A stretch of 64,000 nucleotides of DNA from Octopus vulgaris. Taxonomy: Eukaryota. The stretch spans positions 41,292,001 through 41,356,000 of the forward strand of contig OX597826.1 in NCBI GenBank assembly GCA_951406725.2, in the 5' to 3' direction. Positions 1 through 13,009 of the stretch are shown in pieces (the stretch's first letter is position 1; each line of letters opens with the position of its first letter). A model generated the notes under the pieces. That model worked only from the letters and a program-made list of their open reading frames with translations. It had not been told where the DNA came from and did no database searches. The position numbers and the translations under genes are program-made.

Positions 1-230
1 TAAATCAGTATAATTATGCCACAATTCTCTATAATAGTGATAATACATTAAACATTTATTACATTTAATTAAAATGCATTAAAAATATAAATTTTGTTGC
101 CCACATAAGGGATCATATTGAACAATGTCCGACTCAATAAAGAAAAATTTTGCTTTTAATTTATAGTATGAATGTATGTGTTTATATATGTCTGTAAATA
201 AACATATATATGTATATATAAGATACTTAC

Positions 231-290
231 TAAAAAAGCAGCAGAAACACCAACAGTTTGATTCTTATCATTATTAGAATTAGAAAATTT
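231..290 (-). CDS. GTF2H1: TFIIH p62 coding exon 4; gene continues beyond the window's left edge
   Basis: KFSNSNNDKNQTVGVSAAFL matches the conserved p62 'Q.VG.SAAFL' motif. tttcag acceptor, gtaagt donor, 60 nt, phase 0/0. Confidence 0.9.
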
Positions 291-480
291 CTGAAAAAGA
301 ATTTCAAAATAGAAAAATATTGTAGTAAAAAGTCGTCCATTCCAAAAGGTTTTACTATAAACTCTCACAGAAATCATAAACAACTTCTTGTTTACTCAAA
401 ACATATTTTATTGAACGTTAAATTCAACTTTCGTAGTCTGCTTTAGAAGCATTATCCTGCGTTTGAGAATAAATTTCCTT

Positions 481-2600
481 ATCATCATCATTTAGCGTCC
501 GTTTTCCATGCTAGCATGGGTTGGACGGTTCAACTGGGGTCTGTGAAGCTGGAAGGCTTCGTCAGGCCCAGTTAGATCTGGCAGTGTTTCTACGGCTGGA
601 TGCCCTTCCTAACGCCAACCACTCCGTGAGTGTAGTGGGTGTTTTTTACGTGCCACCTGCACAGGTGCCAGACAGAGCTGGCAAACGGCCACGAACGGAT
701 GGTACTTTTACGTGCCACCGACATGGGGCCAGACAGAGCTGGCAAACGGCCACGAACGGATGGTGCTTTTACGTGCCACCGACACGGGGCCAGACAAAGC
801 TGGCAAACGGCCACGAACGGACGGTGCTTTTACGTGTCACCGGCACGGGGGCCAGCCGAGGCTGGCAACGGACACGAACGTGTGGTGCTTTTATGAGCCA
901 CCGACACAGGGCCAGACAGAGCTGGCAAACGGCCACGAACGGACGGTGCTTTTACGTGTCACCGGCACGGGGGCCAGCCGAGGCTGGCAACGGACACGAA
1001 CGGATGGTGCTTTTACGTGCCACCGACACGGGGCCAGACAGAGCTGGCAAACAGCCACGAACGGACGGTGCTTTTACGTGTCACCGGCACGGGGGCCAGG
1101 CGAGGCTGGCAACAGACACGAACGGATGGTGCTTTTACGTGCCATTGACACGGGGGCCAGACAGAGCTGGCAAACGGCCACGAACGGATGGTGCTTTTAC
1201 GTGTCACCGGCACGGGGGCCAGGCGAGGCTGGCAACAGACACGAACGGATGGTGCTTTTACGTGCCATTGACACGGGGGCCAGACAGAGCTGGCAAACGG
1301 CCACGAACGGATGGTGCTTTTACGTGTCACCAGCACGGGCCAGGCGAGGCTGGCAATGGACACGAACGGATGGTGCTTTTACGTGCCACCGACATGGGGG
1401 CCAGACAGAGCTGGCAAACGGCCACGAGCGAATGGTGCTTTTACGTATCACCGACACGGGTGCCAGATGAGGCTGGCAGCGGACACGAACGGATGGTTCA
1501 CTTAACCCCTGCTTTCTGATATATAATTTGATTTTGATTGTTCTCACTGGTCTTGCCAGGTCTTCTGACGCACAGCATACTTCCATAGGTCTCGGTCTCT
1601 GGTCATTTCCTTGGTGAGACCTAGAGTTCGAAGGTCGTGCTTCACCACCTCGACCCAAGTTTTCCTGGGTCTACCTCTTCCACAGGTCCCCTCAACTGCC
1701 AGGGTGTGGCACTTTTTCACACACCTATCTTCATCCATTCTCACCACATGACCATACCAGCGCAATCGTCTCTCTTGCACACAACATCTGATGCCTCTTG
1801 GGTCCAACTTTTCTCTCAAGGTACTTACACTCTGTCGACTATGAACACTGACATTACACATCCAATGGAGCATACTAGCTTCATTTCTTGCGAGCTTACG
1901 CAAATCCTCAGCAGTCACAGCCCAAGTTTCACTACCATGTAGCATGGCTGTATGTACACATGCATCATACAGTCTGCCTTTTACTTTGAGCGAGAGGCCT
2001 TTTGTCACCAGCAGGGGTAAGAGCTCTCTAAACTTTGCCCAGGCTATTCTTACTCTAGCAGTTACACTTTCAGCACACCCGTCCCCGCTACTGACTTGGT
2101 CACCTAGGTAGCGGAAGCTATCAACTACTTCTAGTTTTTCTCCCTGAAACATGATAGAAGTTGGTCTCTGCATATTTTCAGAGTTTATTGCTCCTGAGCA
2201 TCTACCACAGATAAAAACTATTTTCCTAGTTAGTCTTCCTTTGACATTACTACATCTCTTATGTGTCCATAGCTTACATTTGGTGCATCTTATAGAGTTT
2301 CTACCTACGCCTTTTCTACAGATCGAGCAAGGCCATCTACCTGAAGGCGTTTGTGATTGGTCTACCTTCCTACTTATTAGGACTTTGGTTTTGGCTAGGT
2401 TGATTCTAAGGCCCTTCGATTCTAAACCTTGCTTCCACACCTGGAACTTCTCCTCCAGTTCTGATAGAGACTCAGCAATTAGAGCAAGGTCATCAGCATA
2501 GAGGAGCTCCCAGGGGCATCCAGTCTTGAATTCCTCCGTTATTGCCTGGAGGACTATGATAAATAGGAGGGGACTGAGGACTGAACCTTGGTGGACCCCA
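481..2600 (-). mobile_element. Young 5'-truncated RTE-clade LINE (RT C-half, 3'UTR, (GAT)n tail)
   Basis: Open frame 2599->1544: GVHQGSVLSPLLF...LLYADD...NLAKTKV...FRYLGD...RLRWYGHVVRM...GRGRPRKTW. 3'UTR carries the GGAAGGGCATCC motif and a trinucleotide tail. Confidence 0.92.
636..1497. repeat. GC-rich minisatellite (~59-60 bp unit, ~14-15 copies) inside the RTE 3'UTR
   Basis: Recurrent GGTGCTTTTACGTG(C/T)CACCG(A/G)CACGGGGGCCAG...CTGGCAA...CACGAACGGA. Two variants alternate. Confidence 0.93.
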
Positions 2601-2708
2601 TTAAAGAGGCAGTAAAACTAAAAAGTAATGAAGGCCCACATAAAAACACCAATATTTCTTCAACATTGCTGTTGCCTCATAAATAGCAAATATTTTACTG
2701 TTTGGTAT

Positions 2709-3491
2709 CTCTATATATATAAACAGCAAAATGTCTGTGTGTGTGTCCTTTATACAAATCCACAATTTTTCAGTTAGAGGGCTTTCACTTTCTATGGTCA
2801 TTCAAAACTATCCAAGGGTGGTCGTGCACATCTTTACATTTCCCCAGCCACCCCACAAAGCCATTAAAAAAGCAATAGAAGTGACTTTTTTGTCAATTTT
2901 CTATCCAAAACCTTATCAAAATACCCGAAATTTGATACACCAATTGAATGCCAGCTAGCTGTATGTGATTGGTTAGAGATTTGGACAGTACTCGCGTGTA
3001 TGCGTGCACGCATGCAGCTGTATATGCATGCACTAGCACTATGACCTGGCGTTGTTGGGTCATAGTGCTAGTTAATACTACTTCAGTTGTTCTATTTTTT
3101 AACAAGCTTACTGGCTTTTAGTGACACCAGTACCTGTTAGGACTCTGTATTTCGATGTATATCACTAGCACAGAAGCTACAGCTATTTCCATTGGTCAGA
3201 TGCCTACCATTGACAAAGCCAAAAGTGGCAGAAATCATGTGACCTGGTAGCCCCAACAGCAGAAGAAGCATTGACTGTCTGCTGCTGCCAATAGCTATGA
3301 TGTGCTTCTATACATCAAAAAAACCATATGAGAGTTTTTTTCTCTTGGTAAATATTGCAGTATTTGTATGTTCTAATGCAACATCTACTTTTAAGTGGTG
3401 ACTATTTTACTTTTTGGTACCAATATTTCTTTTGTCGTTTTATATATATATTCTATAATTATAAATATAATTATAATTAGGGGTCAGCTAA
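2709..3491 (+). mobile_element. Probable non-autonomous Helitron-like element
   Basis: Starts TCTATATATATAAA...TGTCTGTGTGTG and ends GGGTCAGCTAA (CTAG-like). No TIR or TSD seen. Confidence 0.45.
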
Positions 3492-3609
3492 TTATAATTA
3501 TGCTTATAATTATAGAATATTTGTATAATTTTACCTAAAAGATTTATTTTAACGTACCAATCTACTTGGTAAAATTATTAATTAATTAAGTTTACCCTTT
3601 TATTATTAT

Positions 3610-3611
<2 letters not shown>

Positions 3612-3677
<66 letters not shown>
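3612..3677. repeat. Compound (AT)n(AG)n microsatellite abutting a GTF2H1 donor
   Basis: Read directly. Confidence 0.95.
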
Positions 3678-3682
<5 letters not shown>

Positions 3683-3683
<1 letters not shown>

Positions 3684-3779
3684 GCTGAATGGTTAGCCCA
3701 GAATTCTTCAGCAGACATCAGCTGGCTAACAACAAGATCTTTGTAGAGCTGAAAGAGTTTTGGATCTTCCTGCAAAAGC
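3683..3779 (-). CDS. GTF2H1: TFIIH p62 coding exon 3 (BSD1 domain)
   Basis: [32 protein letters not shown]. ttcag acceptor, gtaagt donor, phase 2/0. Confidence 0.95.
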
Positions 3780-4289
3780 CTGAAAATTAAAAGATAAAAA
3801 AGAAATAATACCCTCTTTACAGGAAAAAAAATATATATATAAAAGCAACAATACAGCAAAAACAGAGCTTGCAAATTCAGAAATTCTAGTTCAGTACCTC
3901 ACAAGAACAGAGTTCAAATCTCACCAGGCCTGATTTTATTACAGATTCTTAGTGGTGAGTGTGTGTATAATACCAGTAATATTCTGAGATCAAATGTATT
4001 GGTCTGAAAACTGTAGATTAGAAAAAAATTAAAGTTAAGGGTGTGAGTTTCATTAAGGGTGTGAGAACACACTTCACGTATTCTGTCACCTTGCACCATA
4101 TCTACCCATCTCTAAGAAACTATAAGACTGTTATTATGCATAGTGAAAGAAAAAACAAAAGATGTTACAAGGTCTATTCATTTAACTACTATGCTCCTTC
4201 TCTCCCACCTCCCTTCAAAGAAATCGCCAATAATTGTTTATTTAATTCAACAAATTACAACATCATCGTTAATAGTTGTGTAGACTCAC

Positions 4290-4491
4290 TTATTTTTCTC
4301 CTCCAACTCACTGTTAACCTTCTGTCGAAACTGTGGTAATAATTGCTGGAGAAGTTCCTTAATAGCATCTCTGTCCCTGATTTGCGCTTCACGACCCTGC
4401 GAATGGTTGAAGTGGAACGTGTTGGCTGTGCCATCGTGCATCAAAATCTGTAGCTGAACTTTCTCTTTAGAACCAGGGGAAATTTTTTGTA
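4290..4491 (-). CDS. GTF2H1: TFIIH p62 coding exon 2
   Basis: (V)QKISPGSKEKVQLQILMHDGTANTFHF...RDAIKELLQQLLPQFRQKVNSELEEKN(K). ctcag acceptor, gtgagt donor, phases 1/2 fit neighbours. Confidence 0.95.
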
Positions 4492-6382
4492 CTGAGAAAC
4501 CACAAAACAAAATAAATTTAGATTAAAATAAAATCATAAAGAAACTCTAAATATACTAAATATATTCTTTACTATAACAAATCCCACCACCAATTGCCTA
4601 AAATTGTATACCTCCTTCACTAATTGGTCAACCAGAAAAATACTTTAGAAACAAGTGTAAAGACCTAACATATTCTTTTTTTGTTTTACTGCTTTCTTTA
4701 AGAATTCCAACAACCAAGTTTACAGACAATTAACCTCACTAGAATATCACCATCATTTTATGTCTATCTTCCATGCTGGCATGGATTGCATAAATTTATA
4801 TTTACACAAAACTTTAGTCAATTCCATCTCCAATCACTGTCAAGCTAGGTTTGAACTTGGAACCTACATTTCTGAATGAAGACAGTAATGTCCTTTATCT
4901 ACCAAGCCTAGTTTAGACAATTGTACACTAGAATGAAAAATCCAGGTACAGAACACTAGAATATCCTCCAGTATTGAACTCGGAAAAGTACAGGATAACA
5001 GGAAAAAAAAAAACTCTTAAAATATTGCTGCTGAAGTTAGAATTTAAATGTGCTTTTATATTTTTATTTTTATTTAAAATACTCAAGAAGCTATCATTTT
5101 CAATTTTAGTGAAAAGACCAATTGCTTGCAAGATTACACTTTAAAAATTTTATATTGTATATGAGACATAAGCCTAAAAACCATCTTCTATCTTTTACTG
5201 AAGCCTGGTACTTATTCTATCGATTACTTTTGCTGAATGGCTAAATTATGGGGACAAACAAACCAACAGCTGTTGTCAAGTGAAGGTGGGAGGAACACAA
5301 ACATGTACACACATACATATGTGACATGTACACACATACATATGTTTCAAATTCATTTGAAAGACATTCATCACAGCATGAAGCTTGAGTAGAAGACACT
5401 TGCCCAAGGTACTACATGGTGGGACTGAACATCTGGTTGCAAAGTGAGCTTCTTAACAACACAGCCATGTCTACAGCTAAGCTAAAAATGTTTAGAAAGA
5501 GCAATAAAAATTTCCTAAAATACAAAAAAAAAAACCGACACCTTGTTGAAAAGATTTCTTTTTTACAATGTCTGCAAGACCAACAGGAGAACATAAGAAA
5601 CATTGCAGTGGCTGTTGCTGGTTAAGCCAAGTGAAATCATAATTATGGCCATCGCAGGTGTCATGTAAAAGGTACCCATGCTGGTGGCATGTAAAAAGCA
5701 CTCATTACACTCTGGAGTGGTTGGTGTTAAGAAGGGCAACCAGCCATAGAAACCATGACAAATCAAACTGGAACCTGATGCAGCTCTCTGGCTTACCAGT
5801 TCCAGTCAAACCATCTAATCCATGCCAGCATGGAAAATGGATGTTAAATGATGATGATGATTATAATAAGCATGTGGTTAACTGGCTTAAAATATCAAAA
5901 TGGCCACTTGTGTGCAATAGGTCTACACAACCGGAACTGACTTGGGCATTACATGGTTTTTTTATGGACACTTTTAGTATCATTACCATATTTCTGTTGA
6001 AATATATTTTCCTTCCAATTAATTTCAGAAATAATGGAGAATATAGTAAAATAATATCATGATTATTAAGATGTTTAGAACATAAATTAACAAGAAATTT
6101 AAATGGGAAATTGTAATTTAGATCTACTTTAGAAGTCTGTACCATAAAACCAAGGGCAATCTTGGGCAGTTTGGTATCAAAAAGGGTAAACTAAACATCC
6201 CTGTTGATATAGCACCTTGAACATCTCAAATTTTGTGTAATTGCTATTTTTTGTGACTAAGAAGAAACCACATGGTTTTAGGTTCAGTCCCATTGTGTGG
6301 AAACTTTGGACTAGTGTTTTCTGTTATAGCCTTAGATTGACCAATGCCTTTGTGAGTGAATTTGGTGGACAGAAACTGTATG

Positions 6383-6606
6383 AAGGTGGCAAGCTAGCAG
6401 AAACGGTAGCACTCCGGGCAAAATGCTTAGTGGTATTTCATCTGCCCTAACATTCTGAGTTCAAATTCCGCCGAGGTCGACTTTACCTTTCATCCTTTTG
6501 GGGGTTGATACACAAAGTATCAGGTATGCACTGAGGTCGATATAATCGACTTAATCCCTTTGTCTGTCCCCTCTGTGTGTAGCCCCTGGTGGGCAATAAA
6601 GAAATA
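6383..6606 (+). mobile_element. tRNA-derived SINE nested in another SINE (host ~6255-6885)
   Basis: B-box-like GAGTTCAAATTCC. 12-bp TSD AGAAACTGTATG at 6371-6382 and 6607-6618. Confidence 0.85.
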
Positions 6607-7143
6607 AGAAACTGTATGGAAGCTTCTCAATTATGCATGCACATATTTGTGTGTGTGTCTGTGCATGTATGCATGCATGTCTCTCTGTGCCTTGGTTTTC
6701 TCCTTCCACATACATTCACTGCTTGTTAAGTAGTGTTGGTTTGTCTACACCCTTCATAACTTAGGGGTTCAGCAAAATAGCCCAACAGAATAATTACCAA
6801 ACTTGGAAAAATAAAGTACTGGGGTTGAATTGTCCAATTAAAACATTTCAAAGCCACAGTCCAATGACTGAAACAAGTAAAAGATATTTAACATTATAAG
6901 TAATATCAATGATGAAGTGTAAAAGCAATTTCAAGTAATCTAAATTTTAATTCTCTCACATTCCTATATTAGGCATTCATCTATTAATGGTATTAGAGAA
7001 ATAAATTTCTTAAATACTGTTAAATGTTGTCACATGATGATAACTTGTAGTTATGACTACAATTAAATTGTGAAATCCATTTTCTCTAAACTTAACAATT
7101 GACAAGAAGGTAAAATTAAGAATAATGTCATGCTTTCTCTCAC

Positions 7144-7297
7144 CTTTAATGTCTGAGTATGGATGGCTTATACTAAAGGAATTTTTGTGCACTTGCATCC
7201 AGGCGAGTCGCTCCCCCATCAAATAAAGTGAACCATCCATCTTCTTATGGCGAACATGGTTTATGATCAACAGAACCTCTTCTGAAGTCTTAGCCAT
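7144..7297 (-). CDS. GTF2H1: TFIIH subunit p62, first coding exon (PH domain N-half)
   Basis: MAKTSEEVLLIINHVRHKKMDGSLYLMGERLAW...YSDIK resembles the vertebrate p62 N-terminus ([33 protein letters not shown]). Donor G|gtgaga, 154 nt, phase 1. Acceptor ttcag lies 22 nt upstream of the ATG (exon starts 7319). Confidence 0.95.
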
Positions 7298-9369
7298 ACC
7301 GCCTTATCTTGATTGTCATCTGAAGGTAAAGAAATATGTTTGATATGAAATATAACTTATATATTACATGAAATATAACCAATACACTTGATATGAAATA
7401 TAACACATACACACACATCATGCTGGCATGGGTCAGATGGTTTAAGAGGATCTGATGGGCCCTAGAAGTACACTCTGTTCTAGTATCTATTTGGCATGGT
7501 TCCTATGGCGGGATGCCCTTCTTAATACCAACCACTTGACAGTAGTATGTACTATATGCTTTTTTTGTGCTACCAGCACTAGCAAGGTTGTCATACATAT
7601 AGCTTTCAAGATTATGAACCTCAAGCAGCTTTCTAAGTGAAACTTCTTTATACAGCTATCCTCATCCATATGCATCACATGCCTATATCAGTGCAGCCTT
7701 CTTTCTTGCACACTACATCTGATTCCTCTTATACCTAGTTCATTATATATATAGTTACATTACACTTAGGGCTGGCTTTTTTCTGCCAATTAAACACATG
7801 CATTAGTGTGTGTGTTTAATTGGCAAAAGAAAAAATACTATTCCTAAGTATAACAATATCTTTTTCAATACATGTTTTCATATCAAGAATCTTGCAAAAC
7901 AAATACATAAACATTATCTATCTATCTACTGATCACATGAAATATACATTTTACATCAACACACGCTTGGTGTGAAATATATTTAATTTTTGACAATACA
8001 AAGAAAAAGAAATGTGTTTTGTAAAGGTGAAAATCTACATGTGCATCTGTAGTTGCTACTGGGGGTCATTGCATAAAATTGAAGTACATAAAACATTTTG
8101 CAATTTATAGGATGGAGGAGCCAATGCAGTTTCTTGCGTGTCATTCAATGTGTTAAAAATAGCAGCTGAATCTACTTCAAATCATGGCATACCATTTTAA
8201 AATGAAGGCTGTTCAATGATATAATCCTAGATACACTACTCCTGAAAACAAGATCAAATATTCACAAGTGGAATCCTCTGATCTGCTCAATCAGGTCTGA
8301 CCCAAGGCTAAATAATAGCACTTAGAATGGATCATAAAAAATTATTAAATAAGTTTCTTTAGGTTTTGAGTTCAAATCTTGTGAAGGTGGGCACTAACTT
8401 TCATCTTTCCGAGGTCAATAGTTTGAGATTGATATAAGTGTGTGCGTGTGTGTGTGTATGTAGAGAACTTGATGTCTAATTGTGGAGGGAACATGTCAAA
8501 GGGGTAGACTCAGGAATAGTGATGAGAAAGGATCTTCAGACACATCTTACACAGGGGATGACAGGAGACCAAGACTCCTGGTGGTTTGCTGTGCTTGAGG
8601 AGACATGTCAAGTTAAGTAAAAGTGTGGCTGTCCTTGCATACAGGCATGTCTCCAGCTGAGCATTCTTAATCTTGCAGGCTTGTAGGTGCTGGGGCCATG
8701 CGAAAAGTGCCTGTACCAGTCCTGTGTAAAAGCACCCAGGACACACTGCAAAGTGGTTGGTGTTAGTAAGGGCATCCAGCTGTAGAAACCATGCCAAAAC
8801 AGGCATGAAGCCTGGGCAGCTCTTCAGCTGACCAGCTCCTGTCAAACTATCCAACCCATGTCAGCACAGAAAACGGACATTAACTGATGATGATGATGGT
8901 GATATACACACACTTGATATAACTGAGTATATATATAGCCTTGATGATGGTGTCCAGGAGGGGCCTAATCCAGTGACTAAAACCAGTAAAGGACTTCAAG
9001 AGATCTGCAACTGGAGCAGATATTAGCAAACTGATCAAGATATTTGCAATAAATGAGCCCTTAAGGAAGATATGCACTCACTCTAACACATTAACTTGCA
9101 AAAATCATAAAATAATTAAATAAATTTAATTATGAAAATTATAATTATTTCCTGGCAGAATCAGTAGAGTATAGGACAAAATGGTTCCTGGTATTAGTTC
9201 TGGCTTTTACCTTCTGAGTTTAAATCCTACCAAAGCCAAATGCCTTTCATACTTCTGGGGCTGACAAGGTACTAAACATGAAGGGAAGGGGTATGATAAG
9301 AGTAACACTGGAACTGGTATAATCAACTGTTGTTCCTCCCTCCTATACTCACTAATCTGAGTCTAATAC

Positions 9370-11950
9370 CAGTCAGAAATTTACAGGAAGTTTCTTCAGG
9401 ACAACCAGCTGAGGGTAATGGTGCAAATCTGTGGCTGGTACAAAGTTCTAGTCAAACCAAGAGTGATGCGTTGGTGGCACAGTGAGGTAGACAGAGCCAC
9501 AAATGCAAAGAGACAGGAACAGAAAAACTGGAAAAATGTAGCAAGTGGAGAATGATATCAGACAGCCAGAAGCAAGGCAACAGGTCTACCTAGGAAATGG
9601 AGAAGCAGAAAGTAAGAGGTTTACCTATGCTCTACAATGTGAGAATCAGAAGAAAGAGGAAGATGCCTTAGAGAGAAGAAATTACAGAACTATCAAATTA
9701 CTAGACTAGGACATGAAAGTAGCTCAAATAATTAGGAAGAGAATTAGACTAGATGAAATGCAGTTTGATTTTGTGCCTGGGAAAAGTACTACTAATGCCC
9801 TTTTTGTAGTAAGACAACTTCAAAAGAAGTATTTAATCAAAAGCAAGCCATTGTATTTGGCATTTGTTGACTAGGAGAAACTTTTGACAGAGTCCCTCGC
9901 TTTGTGATATGGTGGTCTCTGAGAAAGTTAGGGATAGATGAATGACTGGTGAAAGCCACACAAATGACAGACAGGGGCTGCTCTCAATAAGGTGAGTGTT
10001 AGCAATGAACTATATGTACAGGTTTGATTCTCAGTCCCTCTCCTCTATTTATCATAGTCCTCTAGGTGATAAGACAGGAATTTAAAACTAGGATGAAATG
10101 TAGTTTGGCTTCATCCCAGGGAGAAATACCGATGCTAAAAATAAACCATTATATTTCGCATTTGTTGATCCAGAGAAAACCTTCGATAGAGTACCCCACT
10201 CAGTGGGCTCTGAGGAGGCTAGAGAAAGCTGTACAAGCCACATACAGAGATGCTGTTGGTAAGGTGAGAGTTAATCATGAGAACAGTGAAGAATTTGGTG
10301 TACAGGTAAGGGTTCATCAAGGCTCAGTCCTCAGTCACCTCCTTTTCATCATTGTCCTCCAGACCATAACAGGAATTAGACTTGCAGCCCCTGGGAACTA
10401 CTATATGCTGATAATCTTACCCTCATAGCAGATTCCATATCAAAGCTAGAAAAGAAATTCCAGGTGTGGAAGCAAAACTTGGAGTTTAACGGTAACTTAG
10501 CAAAGACTAAGGTCTTAGTAAGCAAGAAATCCTCTTCATGTAGGTGCTCGATTTGTAGGAAAAGTGTAGGCAGGAACTCCATAAGGTGTACCCAACGTAA
10601 GCTATGGACATACAAGAGGTGCAATGGAATAATAGGAAGATTGTCAGAGAAAGTAGTGTTTATATGTGGAAGATGTACAGGATCCATAAAAATCACAGAT
10701 ACTTGGGAAATTGATTCTCTTAAATGCCCTGGTGGCTCATTAGAGATAGTAGATAATTTCTGCTACTTAGAGGACCAAATCAGTAATAGGGGAGGATGTA
10801 TAGAGAGTGTGATAGAATAAGAAAAGGATGGAGAAAATTCAGAGTGCTTTTACCTCTGTTAGCTACAAAAGGTTTCTCTCTTCGAGTGAAAGGAAGACTG
10901 TATGATGCATGTATACGGACAGCAATTCTACATAGTCGTGATACAAGGGCCCCGAATGCAGAGGACATGTGAAGGTTAGAAAGGAATGAGGATAGTATGT
11001 CCCACTAGATGTGCAATGTAAGTGTACATGTTCAACAGAGTGCTAGTGTATTGAGAGAGAAGTTAGGTATAAGAGGAATTGGTTGCTGTGTGCAAGAGAG
11101 AAGACTGCGCTGGTTTGGTCATATGATGCAAATAGATGTTGACAGGTCTATGAAGATCTGCTATGAAGTACTGAAGGACGACTTCAGGGTGATGAACCTT
11201 TCAGACAAGATGACAAAGGACAGAGATACCTGGCACCTCGCTATACTCAAGAAGACCCATGCAACATAGCGGAAGTGTTAAGGCCACTCCCCCTGGTGAA
11301 GAAGATTGGCCTGCAAGAGTCCTGTGCCAATGCCATGTAAAAAGCAGTTGTGCTGGTACCACATAGAAGCACTCATGTGGTGCCATATAAAAGCATCCAG
11401 CACACTCCGTAAAGTGTTAGGAAGGGCATCCAGCTTTAGAAACCACGCCAAATCAAACTGAAATCTGATGCAGCTCCCCAGCTTGCCAGCTCTGGTCAAA
11501 CCGTCCAACCCATGCCAGCATGGACAACAGATGTTAAATGATGATGATGATGATGATGATGCCCCTGGGAAGTACTATATGCAAATGATTTCATTTTTCT
11601 AATGGAATCTGTAATAGAATTAGAACAGAAATTCCAAGTGTTGATGCAAAACTGGGAATCAAAGGGCCTTAAAAGTTAAAGACCAAAGTTCTACTAAGCA
11701 GGAAAACAAACAGGACTACTCTCTTCTGGAAATAGCCCTCCTTGACATGGGAGAAAGGTGTAGGCAGAAATTCCATATGGTGTACCCAGTGCAAGCTATA
11801 AAAGCACAAGAGGTGCAATGGAATCGCAGGAAGGTTAATGGAGAAAGCAGACTTTGTCATCAGCATTATTGTTTATTGCATGAGCAATAAACAATAAGAA
11901 CAAATGAAAAATGAATTTTCTCAAAAGCCCCAAAGGTTCCATAGAGGCAG
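9370..11950 (+). mobile_element. Cluster of degraded RTE LINE fragments (RT segments repeated, 3'UTR ending ~11560)
   Basis: Stop- and frameshift-interrupted matches to the 481-2600 family (EMQFDFVPGKSTT, VHQGSVLS, YADN, CSICRKSVGRNSIRC, RRLRWFGH). Confidence 0.85.
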
Positions 11951-13009
11951 CAGATTCAAGAACCCCTTTGGTCATGAATGACCATGGAACTGCACCTAGA
12001 AAGTTACCCTCAAAGGCACAAGCTTGAGCAAGGTTGTTTATGGAAGAGCAACAGTCACCCATGCATACCAGCCTCTCCTCTCCACGTCAGTGATGTTATC
12101 CAAGGGAAAGGAAAAGGCTGATACAGCTTGGTGCCAGTGAAGTTACAACTCATTTCCATAGCTGAGTGAAGTGGAGCAGTGTGAAATAAAGTGTCTTGTT
12201 CAAGAACACAACATGCAGCTCTCCTGCTTGCTAGCTCTGGTCAAACTGTCCAACCCATTCCGACATGGAAAATGGACATTAAACTGATGATGACGACATA
12301 TATATATGTGTAAGTGTATACACACATGCACTGATGAGGTTCAGTAGACTGAAATCACATGAAATGGGAGTTCTAGCACCCATAAGAGATTATTCTTATA
12401 TTACAATTTACATACACACACATATACATGTATGTGTGTGTGTGTATATATATATATATCATCATTATCATCGGATAATGTTCACCCTCCATGTTGGCAT
12501 AGATTGGGCACTCTCTGTCTTTCTATACACACACAGAGAAAAAGTTAAATACAAATACTTATCTGTATGTTCAATGTTAGTGAGCATGGAGAACAAAGTA
12601 CAAATGTGCAGAGAGAAAAAATGGGAATACATTTCTGCCTCTTTCCAGATGGAAAAGTCCTGCATTTACTTCTTCAGCAAAGGACTTAGTATTGTCCTTC
12701 TATCATACTTTCATTTCCCTCATTACCATACTCCACTTAGTTGAGGGATCTTGTCTTGCAGGTACACGGCGATATCACCAGTGTTGGTGCCACAACCCCC
12801 ACCCCTAAAGTAAAACATTCAACACACTCTAAAGTGGTTGGTGTTAGGAAAAATATCCAGCTATAGAAACCATGCCAAAGCAGACTTTGGAGCTCAGTGC
12901 AGCCCTCTTTGTCAGTTCATGTTGATCCCACCAACACATGCCAGCAAAGAAAAAAATGACATTCAATGATGATGATATAAGCATACATATATACAAATAT
13001 ATATATATA

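Noticed and set aside
636-1497. CRISPR-like array, and long ORFs 521-1519 and 712-1470
   Set aside because: Eukaryotic context, no cas genes, and the inter-repeat segments are themselves repeated. The ORFs are by-products of a GC-rich tandem repeat.
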